Origin: Leucoraja ocellata
Taxonomy: Eukaryota
DNA: 64,000 nt
NCBI GenBank assembly: GCA_036785375.1
Contig: JAWMAR010002360.1
Location: 62,001 to 126,000, forward strand
Reading direction: 5' to 3'
A model generated the notes under the pieces. That model ran no database searches. It had not been told where the DNA came from and saw only the letters and a list, made by a program, of their open reading frames with translations. Made by a program: the position numbers and the translations under genes. How positions within the stretch are numbered: the first letter of the stretch is position 1; each line of letters starts with the position of its first letter. Shown here in pieces: positions 35,536 to 49,226 of this stretch.

Positions 35536-35589
35536 TATTCCACACATGATGCCTGACCCACCAATTACTCCAGCACTGTTGTTCCTGAT

Positions 35590-37135
35590 ATAGTGGTGGT
35601 CAGAGGATCTGGGGTGACGGAGGAACTGAAGGAAATCCACATTAGGCAGGAAATGTTGTTGGGTAGACTGATGGGACTGAAGGATGATAAATCCCCAGGG
35701 CCTGATGGTCTGCATCCCAGGGTACTTAAGGAAGTGGCTCTAGAAATCGTGGATGCATTGGTGATCATTTTCCAATGTTCTATAGACTCAGGATCAGTTC
35801 CTGTGGATTGGAGGGTAGCTAATGTTATCCCACTTTTTAAGAAAGGCGGGAGAGAGAAAACAGGGAATAATAGACCAGTTAGCGTGACATCGGTGGTGGG
35901 GAAGATGCTGGAGTCAATTATAGAAGATTGGATAGCAGAAACAGGCTCGGTCCGAGTCAGCATGTGGGGAAATCATGCTTGACTAATCTTCTGGAAATTT
36001 TTGAAGATGTAACTAGGAAAATGGACAAGGGAGAGCCAGTGGATGTAGTGTACCTGGACTTTCAGAAAGCATTTGATAAGGTCCAACATAGGAGATTAAT
36101 GGGCAAAATTAGGGCCCATGGTATTGGGGGTAGAGTGCTGACATGGATAGAGAAGTGGTTGGCAGACAGGAAACAAAGAGTAAGGGTTAGCAGGTCCCTT
36201 TCAGAATGGCAGGCAGTGACTAGTGTGATACCGCAAGGCTCGGTGCTGGGACCGCAGCTATTTACAATATACATCAATGATTTGGATGAAGGGATTCAAA
36301 GCAACATTAGCAAATTTGCAGATGACACAAAGCTGGGTGGCAGTGTGAACTGTGAGGAGGATGTTATGAGAATGCAGTGTGGCTTGGACAGGTTGGGGGA
36401 GTGGGCAGATGCATGGCAGATGCAGTTTAATGCGGATAAATGTGAGGTTATCCACTTTGGTAGCAAAAACAGGAAGGCAAACTATCTAAATGGTGTCAAG
36501 TTGGGAAAAGGGGAAGTACAATGAGGAGTAAAGAGGCCCTTCTGCAGTTGTACAGAGCCCTAGTGAGACCACACCTGGAGTATTGTGTGCAGTTTTGGTC
36601 CCCTACTTTGAGGAGGGACTTTCTTGCTATTGAGGGCTTGCAGCGCAGGTTTACAAGGTTAATTCCCAGGATGGCGGGGCTGTCATATACTGAAATAATT
36701 GAGCAGCTGGGCTTGTACACTCTGGAGTTTAGAAGGATGAGTGGGCATCTCATTGAAACATGCAAGATTGTTAAGGGTTTGGACAAGCTTGAGGCAGGAA
36801 ACATGTTCCCGATGTTGGGGGAGTCCAGAACCAGGGCCCACAATTTAAGAATAAGGGGTAAGCCATTTAGAACGGAGACGAGGAAACACTTTTTCTCACA
36901 GAGAGTTGTGAGTCTGTGGAATTCTCTGCCTCAGAGAGCGGTGGAGGCAGGTTCTCTAGATGCTTTCAAGAGAGAGCAGGATAGGGCTCTTAAAAATAGA
37001 GGAGTCAGGTTATATGGGGAGAAGGCAGGAACAGGGTACTGATTGGGCATGATCAGACATGATCACATTGAATGGCGGTGCTGGCTCGACGGACTGAATG
37101 GCCGATTCCTGCACCTATTGTTTATTGTTTTTGTA
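35590..37135 (+). mobile_element. CR1 RT fragment with internal deletions
   Basis: ORFs 35593-35982, 35928-36524 (FADD) and 36521-37042. Confidence 0.88.
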
Positions 37136-37234
37136 CAAGATTCCAGAACCCTGAATTGAAAGAATCTCGAATGAAATATGTTAGGAAATATCTAATGCCA
37201 ATTAGGAAATACCAATTAAACTATAAATCTGGAT

Positions 37235-37387
37235 ATCTTTGGAGTATGGGAGGACCCCAGAACCTATGTGGAAAACACACTTGGTCACAGGAAGAGTATT
37301 CAAACTCTGTATGGATAACACATGGTGTCAGTTTCAAACCCAGGTATCTGGTGCTGTGAGGCAGCAACTCTACCACTGTGCTGCCCA
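37235..37387 (-). mobile_element. V-SINE (HE1-like) 5' part
   Basis: GCTGTGAGGCAGCAACTCTACCACTGTGCTGCCC is the reverse complement of a tRNA-like head. Confidence 0.65.
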
Positions 37388-37469
37388 ATCTTTCCACAAA
37401 CACTGAAACCCAAGAGAGGGTTTGAAACAGCGGCCTTACCTTAACGTCATCTCCATAAAGACTAGATCC

Positions 37470-37560
37470 TGAGACAATAGACAATAGGTGCAGGAGTAGG
37501 CCATTCGGCCCTTCGAGCCAGCACCGCCATTCACTGTGATCATGGCTAATCATCCACAAC
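37470..37560 (-). mobile_element. CR1 3' terminus
   Basis: (GACAATA)n tail + GGTGCAGGAGTAGGCCATTCGGCCCTTCGAG. Confidence 0.8.
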
Positions 37561-38859
37561 GGCAAACTTTGACCGCCTGAATCGAGGAGTATAAATCAAC
37601 CCGGAGCGGGGCCTTACATCACCTGGCGCGGCTTAAACAGCCGCAGGACTTACCATTACCCACCGGGGCCTCTAACATCAAGAGCCTCGATCAGCTCGAT
37701 GCAGCAGTTTGACTGCTTGACCGTGGGCAAGAGATAAGACTTTTGCCTTCCATCACAGTGAGGAGGTATTTGGAGATTCACTGTGATGGATGTTTGTGTG
37801 GAATTGTGTTCATTGTGTGTTTTGGTTTTTTTGTTGTTATGACTGCAGGAAAGTAATTTTGTTTGAACCTATGTTTCAATGACAATAAACAGCATTCTGA
37901 TTCTCTGATGCTGATTCAGACTGATGTATTTGGGAGAAAGCTGGAAAGAGACAAGAGCAGGACAGAGCCTGGTGAGTGATTCTGGACACAGTTGGGGGCT
38001 GATTAGCAGATTGTGGAGTACTGACAAAGGCTAGAGGTGAAGAGGAGACGAGTGTCAAACAAGGGGAAGAGAGGTGTCATGCAAAGCCAGGGGGAAGGAT
38101 CGGGGAAAGAGGGGAATGTGGGACAGGGATGAGTATACAGAGGAGGGGAAGGGGTAGGGAGACCGTTGAGTGAGGTGCACACCAGGGTGGGGAGTGCAGG
38201 GAAAGAGGAGGTTTCCCTTAATCAATACGCCCATCTCCAAACCTCATTTCCTTTTATCCCCTCCCGTCCCCTTACACCTGAAAACCTCCTTCCATTCAAA
38301 ACCGACGCTAGGGTCGGGTGATCGGGCGTAGGGAAGGGTAGTGGTATAAATCTCCGCTATTTTCACTTTTTCGTTGGTTCAGAGGTTTTTCTTTTTTATC
38401 TTTCGTGTCTTTTACAAAATTCTTTCTTTTCTTTTTCCTTTCCTTTCTTTTCATTTTTCTTTTTTCCGATTTAGTGTTTAGTTCATAAAATGTTAAAATT
38501 GAAGCTTACGAACATTGTATAATTGTTATGTTGATGACTTGTACAATTGCTTCTAATAAAATAAATATTAAAATAAAAAGCAGAGATTCCAGTCTTTGGA
38601 GATCCTTCGTGGAAATGAACACAATTTGGTCACACCTTCAGAAAAGAGCAGAGGGGAGAGGAGATGTATTCTGGCAACACTGACAAAAAAATACTAAACC
38701 AAATAGATTTAGACCTCTTCCAAAAAAAAAACAGTATGGTGAATGGAATGCAGGATTACTTAATTTGTATTGACACTTAAAACAAGTGTCATGGACACTA
38801 AACTACTTTCACTGCAACAGGAACCAACTAGGATTACTTTAGGGAATATAAAGAAGTCT

Positions 38860-41830
38860 ACAAAGAATGCTGGATGTACTCAGTTGGTCAGGCACCATCT
38901 GCCTGACAGATGTTTCAGGTTGGGATCCTTCAGACTGAGAGAGTAGTGGAGAAATCTGGAAAGATGTGGGAGCCGGACAAAAGCTGGCAAGTGATGTGGA
39001 TAGACACAAATGCTGGAGTAATTCAGTGAGACGGGCAGCATCATGGGAGAGAAGGAATGGGTGATGTTTCAGGTAGAGGCTGTCCTTCAGACAATAAATA
39101 CAAGCAATTGGCACTTGGTGGAGCAATGACAAAGGCGAGAGGTGAAGAGGAGACAAAATGTTTAGATGAGGAGAGAGAGATGTGAAGCTGGAGGGCGGGA
39201 TATGGGTCGAAGGGTAAAGAGGCAAAGATGAAGATCAGGGATGGGAGATGAGTGTGGAAAGAGGGGAAGGTGCAGGATGAATGGGTGATAGAAACATAGA
39301 AACATAGAAATTAGGTGCAGGAGTAGGCCATTCGGCCCTTCGAGCCTGCACCGCCATTCAATATGATCATGGCTGATCATCCAACTCAGTATCCCGTACC
39401 TGCCTTCTCTCCATACCCTCTGATCCCCTTGGCCACAAGGGCCACATCTAACTCCCTCTTAAATATAGCCAATGAACTGGCCTCAACTGTGGCAGAGAGT
39501 TCCAGAGATTCACCACTCTCTGTGTGAAAAAAGTTCTCCTCATCTCGGTTTTAAAGGATTTCCCCCTTATCCTTAAGCTGTGACCCCTTGCCCTGGACTT
39601 CCCCAACATCGGGAACAATCTTCCTGCATCTAGCCTGTCCAACCCCTTAAGAATTTTGTAAGTTTCTATAAGATCCCCTCTCAATCTCCTAAATTCTAGA
39701 GAGTATAAACCAAGTCTATCCAGTCTTTCTTCATAAGACAGTCCTGACATCCCAGGAATCAGTCTGGTGAACCTTCTCTGCACTCCCTCTATGGCAATAA
39801 TGCCCTTCCTCAGATTTGGAGACCAAAACTGCACGCAATACTCCAGGTGTGGTCTCACCAAGACCCTGTACAACTGCAGTAGAACCTCCCTGCTCCTATA
39901 CTCAAATCCTCTTGCTATGAAAGCCAACATACCATTCGCTTTCTTTACTGCCTGCTGCACCTGCATGCCTACCTTCAATGACTGGTGTACCATGACACCC
40001 AGGTCTCGCAGCATCTCCCCCTTTCCCAATCGGCCACCATTTAGATAATAATCTGCTTTCCCGTTTTTGCCACCAAAATGGATAACCTCACATTTATCCA
40101 CATTATACTGCATCTGCCAAACATTTGCCCACTCACCCAGCCTATCCAAGTCACCTTGCAGTCTCCTAGCATCCTCCTCACACCTAACACTGCCCCCCAG
40201 CTTAGTGTCATCCGCAAACATGGAGATATTGCCTTCAATTCCCTCATCCAGATCATTAATATATATTGTAAATAGCTGGGGTCCCAGTACTGAGCCTTGC
40301 GGTACCCCACTAGTCACTGCCTGCCATTGTGAAAAGGACCCGTTTACTCCTACTCTTTGCTTCCTGTCTGCCAGCCAGTTCTCTATCCACATCAATACTG
40401 AACCCCCAATGCCATGTGCTTTAAGTTTGTATACTAATCTCTTATGTGGGACCTTGTCGAAAGCCTTCTGGAAGTCCAGATACACCACATCCACTGGTTC
40501 TCCCCTATCCACGCTACTAGTTACATCCTCGAAAAATTCTATAAGATTCGTCAGACATGATTTACCTTTCGTAAATCCATGCTGACTTTGTCCAATGATT
40601 TCACCACTTTCCAAATGTGCTGCTATCCCATCTTTAATAACTGACTCTAGCAGTTTCCCCACTACCGATGTTAGACTAACTGGTCTGTAATTCCCCGTTT
40701 TCTCTCTCCCTCCCTTCTTAAAAAGTGGGGTTACGTTTGCTACCCGCCAATCCTCTGGAACTACTCCAGAATCTAAAGAGTTTTGAAAGATTATTACTAA
40801 TGCATCCACTATTTCTGGAGCTACTCCCTTAAGTACTCTGGGATGCAGCCTATCTGGCCCTGGGGATTTATCGGCCTTTGATCCATTCAATTTACCCAAC
40901 ACCACTTCCCGGCTAACCTGGATTTCACTCAATTCCTCCACCTCCTTTGACCCGCGGTCCCCTGCTATTTCCGGCAAATTATTTATGTCTTCCTTAGTGA
41001 AGACGGAACCAAAGTAGTTATTCAATTGGTCCGCCATATCTGTGTTCCCCATGAACAACTCACCTGTTTCTGACTGCAAGGGACCTACATTTGTTTTAAC
41101 TAATCTCTTTCTTTTCACATATCTGCGATGCGGGGAAAGGGAGAGTCCCCAGTACATTCATCCCTTTTCCCCATCCTATCCCATTGCACTCATATTCCTT
41201 CTACCAGGTTTACAGTTCACACCTTGCTTTCTCCTTCTGAGATGTTCATAAATCATAGCGGCGACGACAGAGGGTTCATGGCCCCGACCACGGATGAACA
41301 AAGGAGGAGGACTGACTGAACCTTGTTGCCTTCCAGCACAGTGAAGAATGCTGTGCTGGATGTTTTGTGTTAAATTCTATTGTGTATTGTGTGTTCTTTT
41401 TAAGTGTATCGCTGCTGGCAAATGTATTTCACTGCACCTTTGGGTGCCTGTAACGAATACAATTGACTTTGACTTTTACACCTTTAGCCTTTGTCACTTA
41501 CTGATTCAATTATTTTTTGTCACATGTACCATGTGAAACAATGAAATGCTTTGTTTTGCATAAAACCTGGTAAAATCACGTGGCTGACCTCACCTGGGCA
41601 GTACACGATGTTTTGGTGTTCCACCCATCTGGCAATTTCCTCTCCCCCCCCCACCTGCATCCAGCCATCACTTGCTAGACTATTGCCCCACCTCACTTTC
41701 CCAGCTTTCTCCCTTTGCTCCATCAAGCTGAAGGCTTCTGACCTGATACTTCATTGGTCCATTCCTTCCAGATGTTGCCTGACCCACTGGTTTACTCCAG
41801 CAGACTTTTTTCTCCCTCAAGATTCCAGCA
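38860..41830. mobile_element. Penelope-derived fold-back repeat interrupted by CR1 and other LINE ends
   Basis: Left arm 38860-39285; inverted arm ending CAGATGTTGCCTGACCCACTGGTTTACTCCAGCA near 41770-41800. Confidence 0.5.
39288..41124 (-). mobile_element. CR1 family A, 5'-truncated RT copy
   Basis: ORF 39448-41157 nearly identical to 21666-23405; CATAGAAA tail. Confidence 0.92.
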
Positions 41831-42089
41831 CCGTGAATTCTAGTATTTTAAACCAAGAATAATCAGGAAAATACTTTCTCCTCCAAACATTTATTGGTCT
41901 GAAACCAGAGGTGGTTCTAAACAGGTCCTTACCTGCATCCCATCTCCATACAGTTCAGGTCCTGACAGATTGACAAAGTCAGACAATTCAAATTAATTCA
42001 CCACTAATGATTCAAAATCTCCCACCATCTTCATCACACCCTTAATCTCACAGCAATACTTTTAACGACAAGGATTCGAAGGGCCTGAG

Positions 42090-44097
42090 CTCAGGGCAAG
42101 GTTGGGCAGGCAAAGAGGAGGCAGAAAACAGGGCAAGAGAGAGGGTGTCCGTGCTAGGCTGAGAGATAATGCTAGCTGGGCGGCCAGCTCTCCCATCTAT
42201 CCTACTCTCCAACGTCCGCTTCCTGGAAAACAAACTGGACAACATCCAACTGCAGAGGAGTAAACAGCGAGAGACTAGGGACTGCTGTGTCTGTGTTTTA
42301 CTGAGACATGGCTCAACGATCGAGTCCCGGACGTGGCCATTCAGCTAGCCGGGCTAGTCTCGCACCGAGCCGACAGAGACCCATCACAGGTACACAAAAA
42401 TGCTGGAGAAACTCAGCTGGTGCAGCCGCATCTATGGAGCGAAGGAAATAGGCGACGTATCAGGCTGAAACCCTTCTTCAGACTGATGGGGGGTGGGGGG
42501 GAGAAGGAAGGAAAAAGGGAGGAGGAAGAGCCCGAGGGCGGGGGGATGGGAGGAGACAGCTCGAGGGTTAAGGAAGGGGAGGAGACTGCATGGGCTAGCA
42601 AAACTGGGAGAATTCAACGTTCATGCCCGCCGGACGCAAGCAACCCAGGCGGAATATGAGGTGCTGTTCCTCCAATTTCCGGTGTTGCTCACTCTGGCAA
42701 TGGAGGAGGCCCAGGACAGAGAGGTCGGATTGGGAATGGGAGGGGGAGTTGAAGTGCTGAGCCACCGGGAGACCAGGTTGGTTATTGCGGACTGAGCGGA
42801 GGTGTTCGGCGAAACGATCGCCCAACCTACGCTTGGTCTCCCCGATGTAAATCAGCTGACACCTAGAGCAGCGGATGCAGTAGATGAGGTTGGAGGAGAT
42901 ACAGGTGAACCTTTGTCGCACCTGGAACGACTGCTTGGGTCCTTGAATGGAGTCGAGGGGGGAGGTGAAGGGACAGGTGTTGCATTTCTTGCGGTTGCAA
43001 CGGAAAGTGCCCGGGGAGGGGGTGGTACGGGAGGGAAGGGAAGAATTGACAAGGGAGTTACGCGGTAAGACTCGAGGTGGTGGCCTGTGTGTTTACATCA
43101 ACACTGACTGGTGCAACAACTCTGTCTTAGTCTCCAAGTTCTGTTCATTGCTGGTGGAGAATGCGATTGTGAGATGTAGACCTTTTTATTTGCCACGGGA
43201 GTTTACCACAGTGCTCATTGTTGCTGTTCACATCCCCCCCAGTGCTAATGCTAAGGAAACACTAGCTGTACTGTACTGTATGGAGCTTTATGCAATCTAC
43301 AAAACACACACCCAGAAGGACTGTTTATTGCCGTAGGAGATTTTAACCGTGCAAATCTCAAAACTGTGCTTCATAAATGTTACCAACATGTGGACTTTGC
43401 AACGAGAGGTGAGAAGGTGCTAGATCTTGTTTACACCAATATGCCCAGCGCGTACGGGGTGGAGTCACGCCCCCATCTCGGATACTCAGACCACATCTCT
43501 GTCATGCTGATCCCAGCATACAGACTGCTTGTCAGATGCTCCAGACCAGCTAAGAAACAGGTGAAGACCTGGCCAGCAGGAGCCATCTCTGCTCTCCAGG
43601 ACTGCATTGACTGGCACATGTTTAGGGAGGCAGCAACCACCGGCGGCACCACTGGCTTGGAGGAGTACACGGCATCAGTGACTGGTTACATCAGTAAATA
43701 CATTGATGACATTACTGTCACTGAGCTCATCACCACACGTCCCCAACAGTAAACCATGGATGACTGCAGAGGTACGTGCGCTGCTGAGAGCCCCAGACAC
43801 GGCCTTCAGAGCAGGCGATAAGGAGGCCCTGAGAACAGCGAGGGACAAACTGTCCCGGGCCATCAGGGAAGCAAAGCGAGCGCATGCAAGGAAAATCCAC
43901 GGCCACTTCAGTGACAGCAGGGACACACTGAAGCCGTGGCAAGGCATCCAAGCCATCACCAACTTCAGGACATCAACACCAGCCTGTGACAGCGATGCCT
44001 CTCTGCCTGATGCGCTGAACATGTTCTACGCCCGGTTTGATGCACAGAACGACGTGGTGGCGAGGAAGACCACAACCCCCCCCGCGACCAGGTGGCT
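42090..44097 (+). mobile_element. Rex1/Babar-like LINE 5' part (APE endonuclease), interrupted by a Penelope element
   Basis: [52 protein letters not shown]. Confidence 0.8.
42387..43061 (-). mobile_element. Penelope-like element 3' part with GIY-YIG endonuclease (ORF 42595-42921)
   Basis: NLIYCIRC..C..IYIGETKRRLGDRFAEH...E..LI..L....P.GMN. Confidence 0.88.
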
Positions 44098-44920
44098 ATA
44101 GAAGCATAGAAGCATAGAGACATAGACACATAGACACATAGAAGCATAGAGACATAGACACATAGACACATAGAGACATAGAGACATAGACACATAGAGA
44201 CATAGAGACATAGACACATAGACACATAGAGACATAGACACATAGAGACATAGAGACATAGAGACATAGACACATAGACACATAGAGACATAGAAACATA
44301 GAGACATAGAGACATAGACACATAGAGACATAGACACACACACACATAGACACATAGACACATAGACACATAGACACATAGACACATAGAGACATAGGCA
44401 CACACACACATAGACACATAGACACATAGAGACATAGACACATANNNNNNNNNNNNNNNNNNNNNNNNNNNNNNNNNNNNNNNNNNNNNNNNNNNNNNNN
44501 NNNNNNNNNNNNNNNNNNNNNNNNNNNNNNNNNNNNNNNNNNNNNNNNNNNNNNNNNNNNNNNNNNNNNNNNNNNNNNNNNNNNNNNNNNNNNNNNNNNN
44601 TAGAGACATAGACACACACACACATAGACACATAGACACATAGAGACATAGACACATAGAGACAGACACATAGAGACATAGACACATAGACACATAGAGA
44701 CAGACACATAGAGACATAGACACATAGAGACATAGAGACATAGAGACATAGACACATAGACACATAGAGACATAGACACATAGACACATAGAGACATAGA
44801 CACATAGAGACATAGACACATAGACACATAGAGACATAGACACATAGAGACATAGACACATAGAGACATAGAGACATAGACACATAGACACATAGACACA
44901 TAGAGACATAGACACATAGA
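44098..44920. repeat. Expanded (CATAGACA/CATAGAGA)n microsatellite from a CR1 tail; N gap 44445-44600
   Basis: 8-bp periodicity contiguous with the CR1 3' end at 44921. Confidence 0.92.
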
Positions 44921-46350
44921 AAATAGGTGCAGGAGGAGGCCATTCGGCCCTTCGAGCCAGCACCGCCATTCATTGTGATCATGGCTGATCGTCCCCAATC
45001 AATAACCCGTGCCTGCCTTCTCCCCATATCCCTTGACTCCACTACCCCAGAGCTCTATCTAACTCCCTCTTAAATCCATCCAGTGACTTGGCTTCCACTG
45101 CCCTCTGTGGCAGGGAATTCCACAAATTCACAACTCTCTGGGTGAAAAAGTTTTTTCTCACCTCAGTCTTAAATGGCCGCCCCTTTATTCTAAGACTGTG
45201 GCCCCTGGTTCTGGACTCGCCCCACATTGGGACCATTTTTCCTGCATCTAGCTTGTCCAGTCCTTTTATAATTTTATATGTTTCTATAAGAATCCTCCTC
45301 ATCCTTCTAAACTCCAGTGAATACAAGCCTAGTCTTTTCAATCTTTCCTCATATGACAGTCCCACCATCCCAGGGATCAATCTCGTGAACCTACGCTGCA
45401 CTGCCTCAATCACAAGGATGTCCTTCCTCAAATTAAGAGACCAAAACTGTACATAATACTCCAGATGTGGTCTCACCAGAGCCCTATACAACTGCAGAAG
45501 GACCTCTTTACTACTATACTGAAATCCTCTTGTTATGAAGGGCAACATTCCATTAGCTTTCTTCACTGCCTGCTGTACCTGTAAGCCAACTTTCAGTGAC
45601 CGGTGTACAAGGACACCCAGGTCTCGCTGTACCTCCCCCTTACCTAACCTAACCCTATTGAAATAATAATCTGCCCCCTTGTTTTTGCCGCCAAAGTGGA
45701 TAACCTCACATTTATCTATATTATACTGCATCTGCCACGCATCTGCCCACTCACTCAACCTGTCCAGGTCACCCTGCAACCTCCTAACATCCTCTTCACA
45801 GTTCACACTGCCACCCAGCTTTGTGTCATCCGCAAACTTGCTAGTGTTGCTCCTAACTCCCTCTTCCAAATCATGAATATATATATGGTAAACAGTTGCG
45901 GCCCCAACACCGAGCCTTGCGGCACTCCACTCGCCACTGCCTGCCATTCTGAAAAGGACCCGTTCACTTCTACTATTTGCTTCTGGTCTGCCAACCAATT
46001 TTCTATCCATGTCAACACCCTACCCCCAATACCATGTGTTCTAATTTTGGTCATCAGTCTCCCGTGCGGGACCTTATCAAAGGCTTTCTGAAAGTCTAGA
46101 TACACTACATCTACTGGCACCCCTTCATCCATTTTACTTGTCACATCCTCAAACAATTCCAGAAGATTGCATGATTTCCCTTTCGTAAAACCATGTTGAC
46201 TTGGACTAATCCTTTTACTGCTATCCAAATGCCCCATTATCACCTCTTAATAATTGACTCCAGCATCTTTCCCATCATCGAAGTCAGGCTAACTGGCCTG
46301 TAATTCCCCGTTTTCTCTCTCGCTCCTTTCTTGAAAAGTGGGATAACATT
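44921..46350 (-). mobile_element. CR1 RT fragment, frameshifted
   Basis: ORFs 45803-46243 and 45042-46010 (FADD). Confidence 0.88.
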
Positions 46351-46729
46351 AGCGCTGCGCTACCTCATAACGCTGCACTCTCTGAATAGCAAGAATGTCC
46401 TTCCTCAAATTAGGGGACCAAAACTGTACACAATACTCCAGGTGTGGTCTGACTAGGGCCCTGTACAACTGCAGAAGGACCTCTTTGTTCCTATACTCAA
46501 ATCTTCTTGGTAGAAAGGCCATGCAAACCTCTTCTCTTGAGCTTGGCAGTCTCAGATTCAGATTCAGATTCAATTTTAATTGTCATTGTCAGTGTACAGT
46601 ACAGAGACAACGAAATGCATTAAAAGTCTGAATCTAGTGCCATAACTATTCATAACTGTGTTCATACTGAATCAGATTTTGACGGTGTGAGACGCGTATT
46701 GGCTTTTGATGGTATGATACGGGAATATG

Positions 46730-47461
46730 CTAGGGTAAACTGAATTCAGGAAGGTCAGAGGGGGCAGACATACCCCCATCCATATAAACGGGACTGAGGT
46801 GGAGCGCGTCTCCAACTACAAATTCCTCGGGGTACACATCTCGGAGGATCTGTCCTGCTCCCTCAACACCTCCAAACTGATCAAAAAGGCACAGCAGCGC
46901 CTTTACTTCCTGAGGAGGCTCAAGAAAGCCCACCTGTCCCCCCAGATCCTGACCAACTTTTACCGCTGTACCATCAAAAGCATCCTGACCATCTGCTTCA
47001 TGGTATGGTACAGCAGTTGCACCGTAGCGGACAGGAAGGCACTACAACGGGAGGTGAAAACCGCGCAGTATATCATCGGTGACCCGCTCCCTGCCCCACC
47101 GAAAACGGTGTCTGAGACGGGCCGGGAAGATCATCAAAGACCCCTCACACCCCAACCATGAACTGTTTGCCCTCCTCCCATCAGGGAGGCGGTACAGGAG
47201 CCTCAGGTCTTGTACCAGTAGGATGAGGAACAACTTCTACAATAATACCATCACATTGCTGAACTCGGAGTCCCGCCGATAGATTTCTCCAGTCTCTCCG
47301 TCCACACCGTTCGATTTCGATTATTGTTTGATTATTCTGTATTTTTATTTTTATTTCTATATTGCACTATACTATGGGCTGACGTTAAACTGCATTTCGT
47401 TGTACCCATACTCGTATTTGTGCAATGACATTAAAGTTGAATTGAATTGAATTGAATTGAA
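46730..47461 (+). mobile_element. Rex1/Babar-like LINE 3' end with (ATTGA)n tail
   Basis: ERV..YKFLGVHISEDL, KKAQQRLYFLRRL, LPSGRRYRS. Confidence 0.82.
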
Positions 47462-48760
47462 ATGATACTTAAAGGCTTGATGATAGATATGCAATGGCAA
47501 ACATTTAAAGATCCTATGGATGAATTGCACCAATTGTTCACCCGTCAGGTGTAAAAATAAAACAGGGAAGGTGGCTCAACCGTGGCAAATAATGGAAATT
47601 AGGGAATATTAAATCCAGGCATATAAATTGGCCAGATAAAGCAACAAACTGGGAGAAATTTAAATTTAATATTTAACAGAGGAGGACAAATGGATGAATT
47701 AAGTGGGGGTAAATAGAGCATGAAAGGAAACTTGTGGGGGAAATATTAGTGAAGACAAATATAGGCCCCTTACAGTCAGAAACAGGTTAATTTATACTGG
47801 GAAACAAGAAATTGGCAGACCAGTTACACAAATACTTTGGTTCTGTCTTCACTAAGGAAGACACAAACAATCTTCCAGAAATACAAGGGGACCGAGGATC
47901 TAGTGGGAGGGAGGAAGTGAAGGGAATCCACATGATTCAGGAAATGTTGTTAGGTAAACTGTTGGGACAGAAGACATGTAAATCCCCAGGGCCTGATGGT
48001 CTGCATCCGAAACAACACAAGGAGGTGGCCCTCGAAATCGCGCATGTATTGGTAATCATTTTCCAATGTTCTATAGACATTTGATTAGTTCCAGTGAACT
48101 GGAGGGTACCTAATGTAACCCCACCGTTTAAGAAAGAGGGGAAAGAGAAAACAGGGAATTATAGACCAGTTAGCCTGACATTGGTAGTGGGTTGTACAGG
48201 GCTCTGGTGAGAACACACCTGAGCATCTGGTGCAATTTTGGTCTCCTAATTTGCGGAAGGACATTCGTGTCAATGAATGAGCACAGCGTAGGTTCACAGG
48301 GTTAATTCCCGGGATGTCTGGACAGACATATGATGAAAGAATGGATCGACTGGGCTTAAATGAAGGGATTAAGATGGGTGAGAGGAGATCTTATAGAAAG
48401 ATATATAATTCTTAAGGGTTTGGACAGGCTGGATGCAGGAAAAATGTTCCTGATATTGGGGGTTCAGACCTATGCGTCACGGTTTAAGAATAAGGATTAG
48501 GCCATTTAGTACTGAGATGAGGAAAACCTTTTTTTTAGCAAGAGAGTTGTGAATTTGTGGAATTCTCTGACTCAGAAGGCAGTTCACTGGATGTTTTCAA
48601 GAGAGAGCTAGATATAGCGCTTGGGGCTAATGGAATCAAGGGATATGGGGAGAAAGCAAGAACGGGGTAATGATTTTGGACGATCACATTGAATGACGGT
48701 TTGTGCTCAATAGGCCAAACGACCTCCGCCTGCACCTATTTTCTATGTTTTTATGTTTAA
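47462..48760 (+). mobile_element. Old degenerate CR1 with internal deletion
   Basis: YFGSVFTKED, KSPGPDGLHP, CR1 3' UTR. Confidence 0.8.
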
Positions 48761-49226
48761 CTAATGTGTTCTAAGTAACCTGCGAACCCTGGTATACCTG
48801 CTTTCTGCACTGTGGGATCAATTAACCTGTTCCTTTCTATATAACTTGCTAGCCTCTGTGCCACTATGCTAAAGAAAATCTTGCCATCTACATTTAGGAG
48901 ACAAACAGCCTAAACTGATTTAACTCTGGAGACTCTTTCTTCTAGGGAATGAACATTCCCCCTGCTCTATGCCAAACCCTTGGTATGACCTGCTTCTACC
49001 AAACTATTGGACAGAGCCTCTGTGAGAATCTAAGCACATCAGGTGCACTTTTATTTACCCGGTAAGGGACTCCATTCAGTCCCGGTGCAGATGAAGCCTT
49101 TCCACGCCATATTACTGCTTCCACTTCCTTCCACTTTTGTGGCAAAACATCTAACTCTAACATCTGTCTCCTAAGGTGGTAACTCTGGAGGGAGACATGG
49201 GCCCGATACTGGGGCCCATGACGACT

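Noticed and set aside
43965-45042. Long Cys/Val/Tyr-rich ORFs
   Set aside because: Translations of the 8-bp microsatellite and an N gap.
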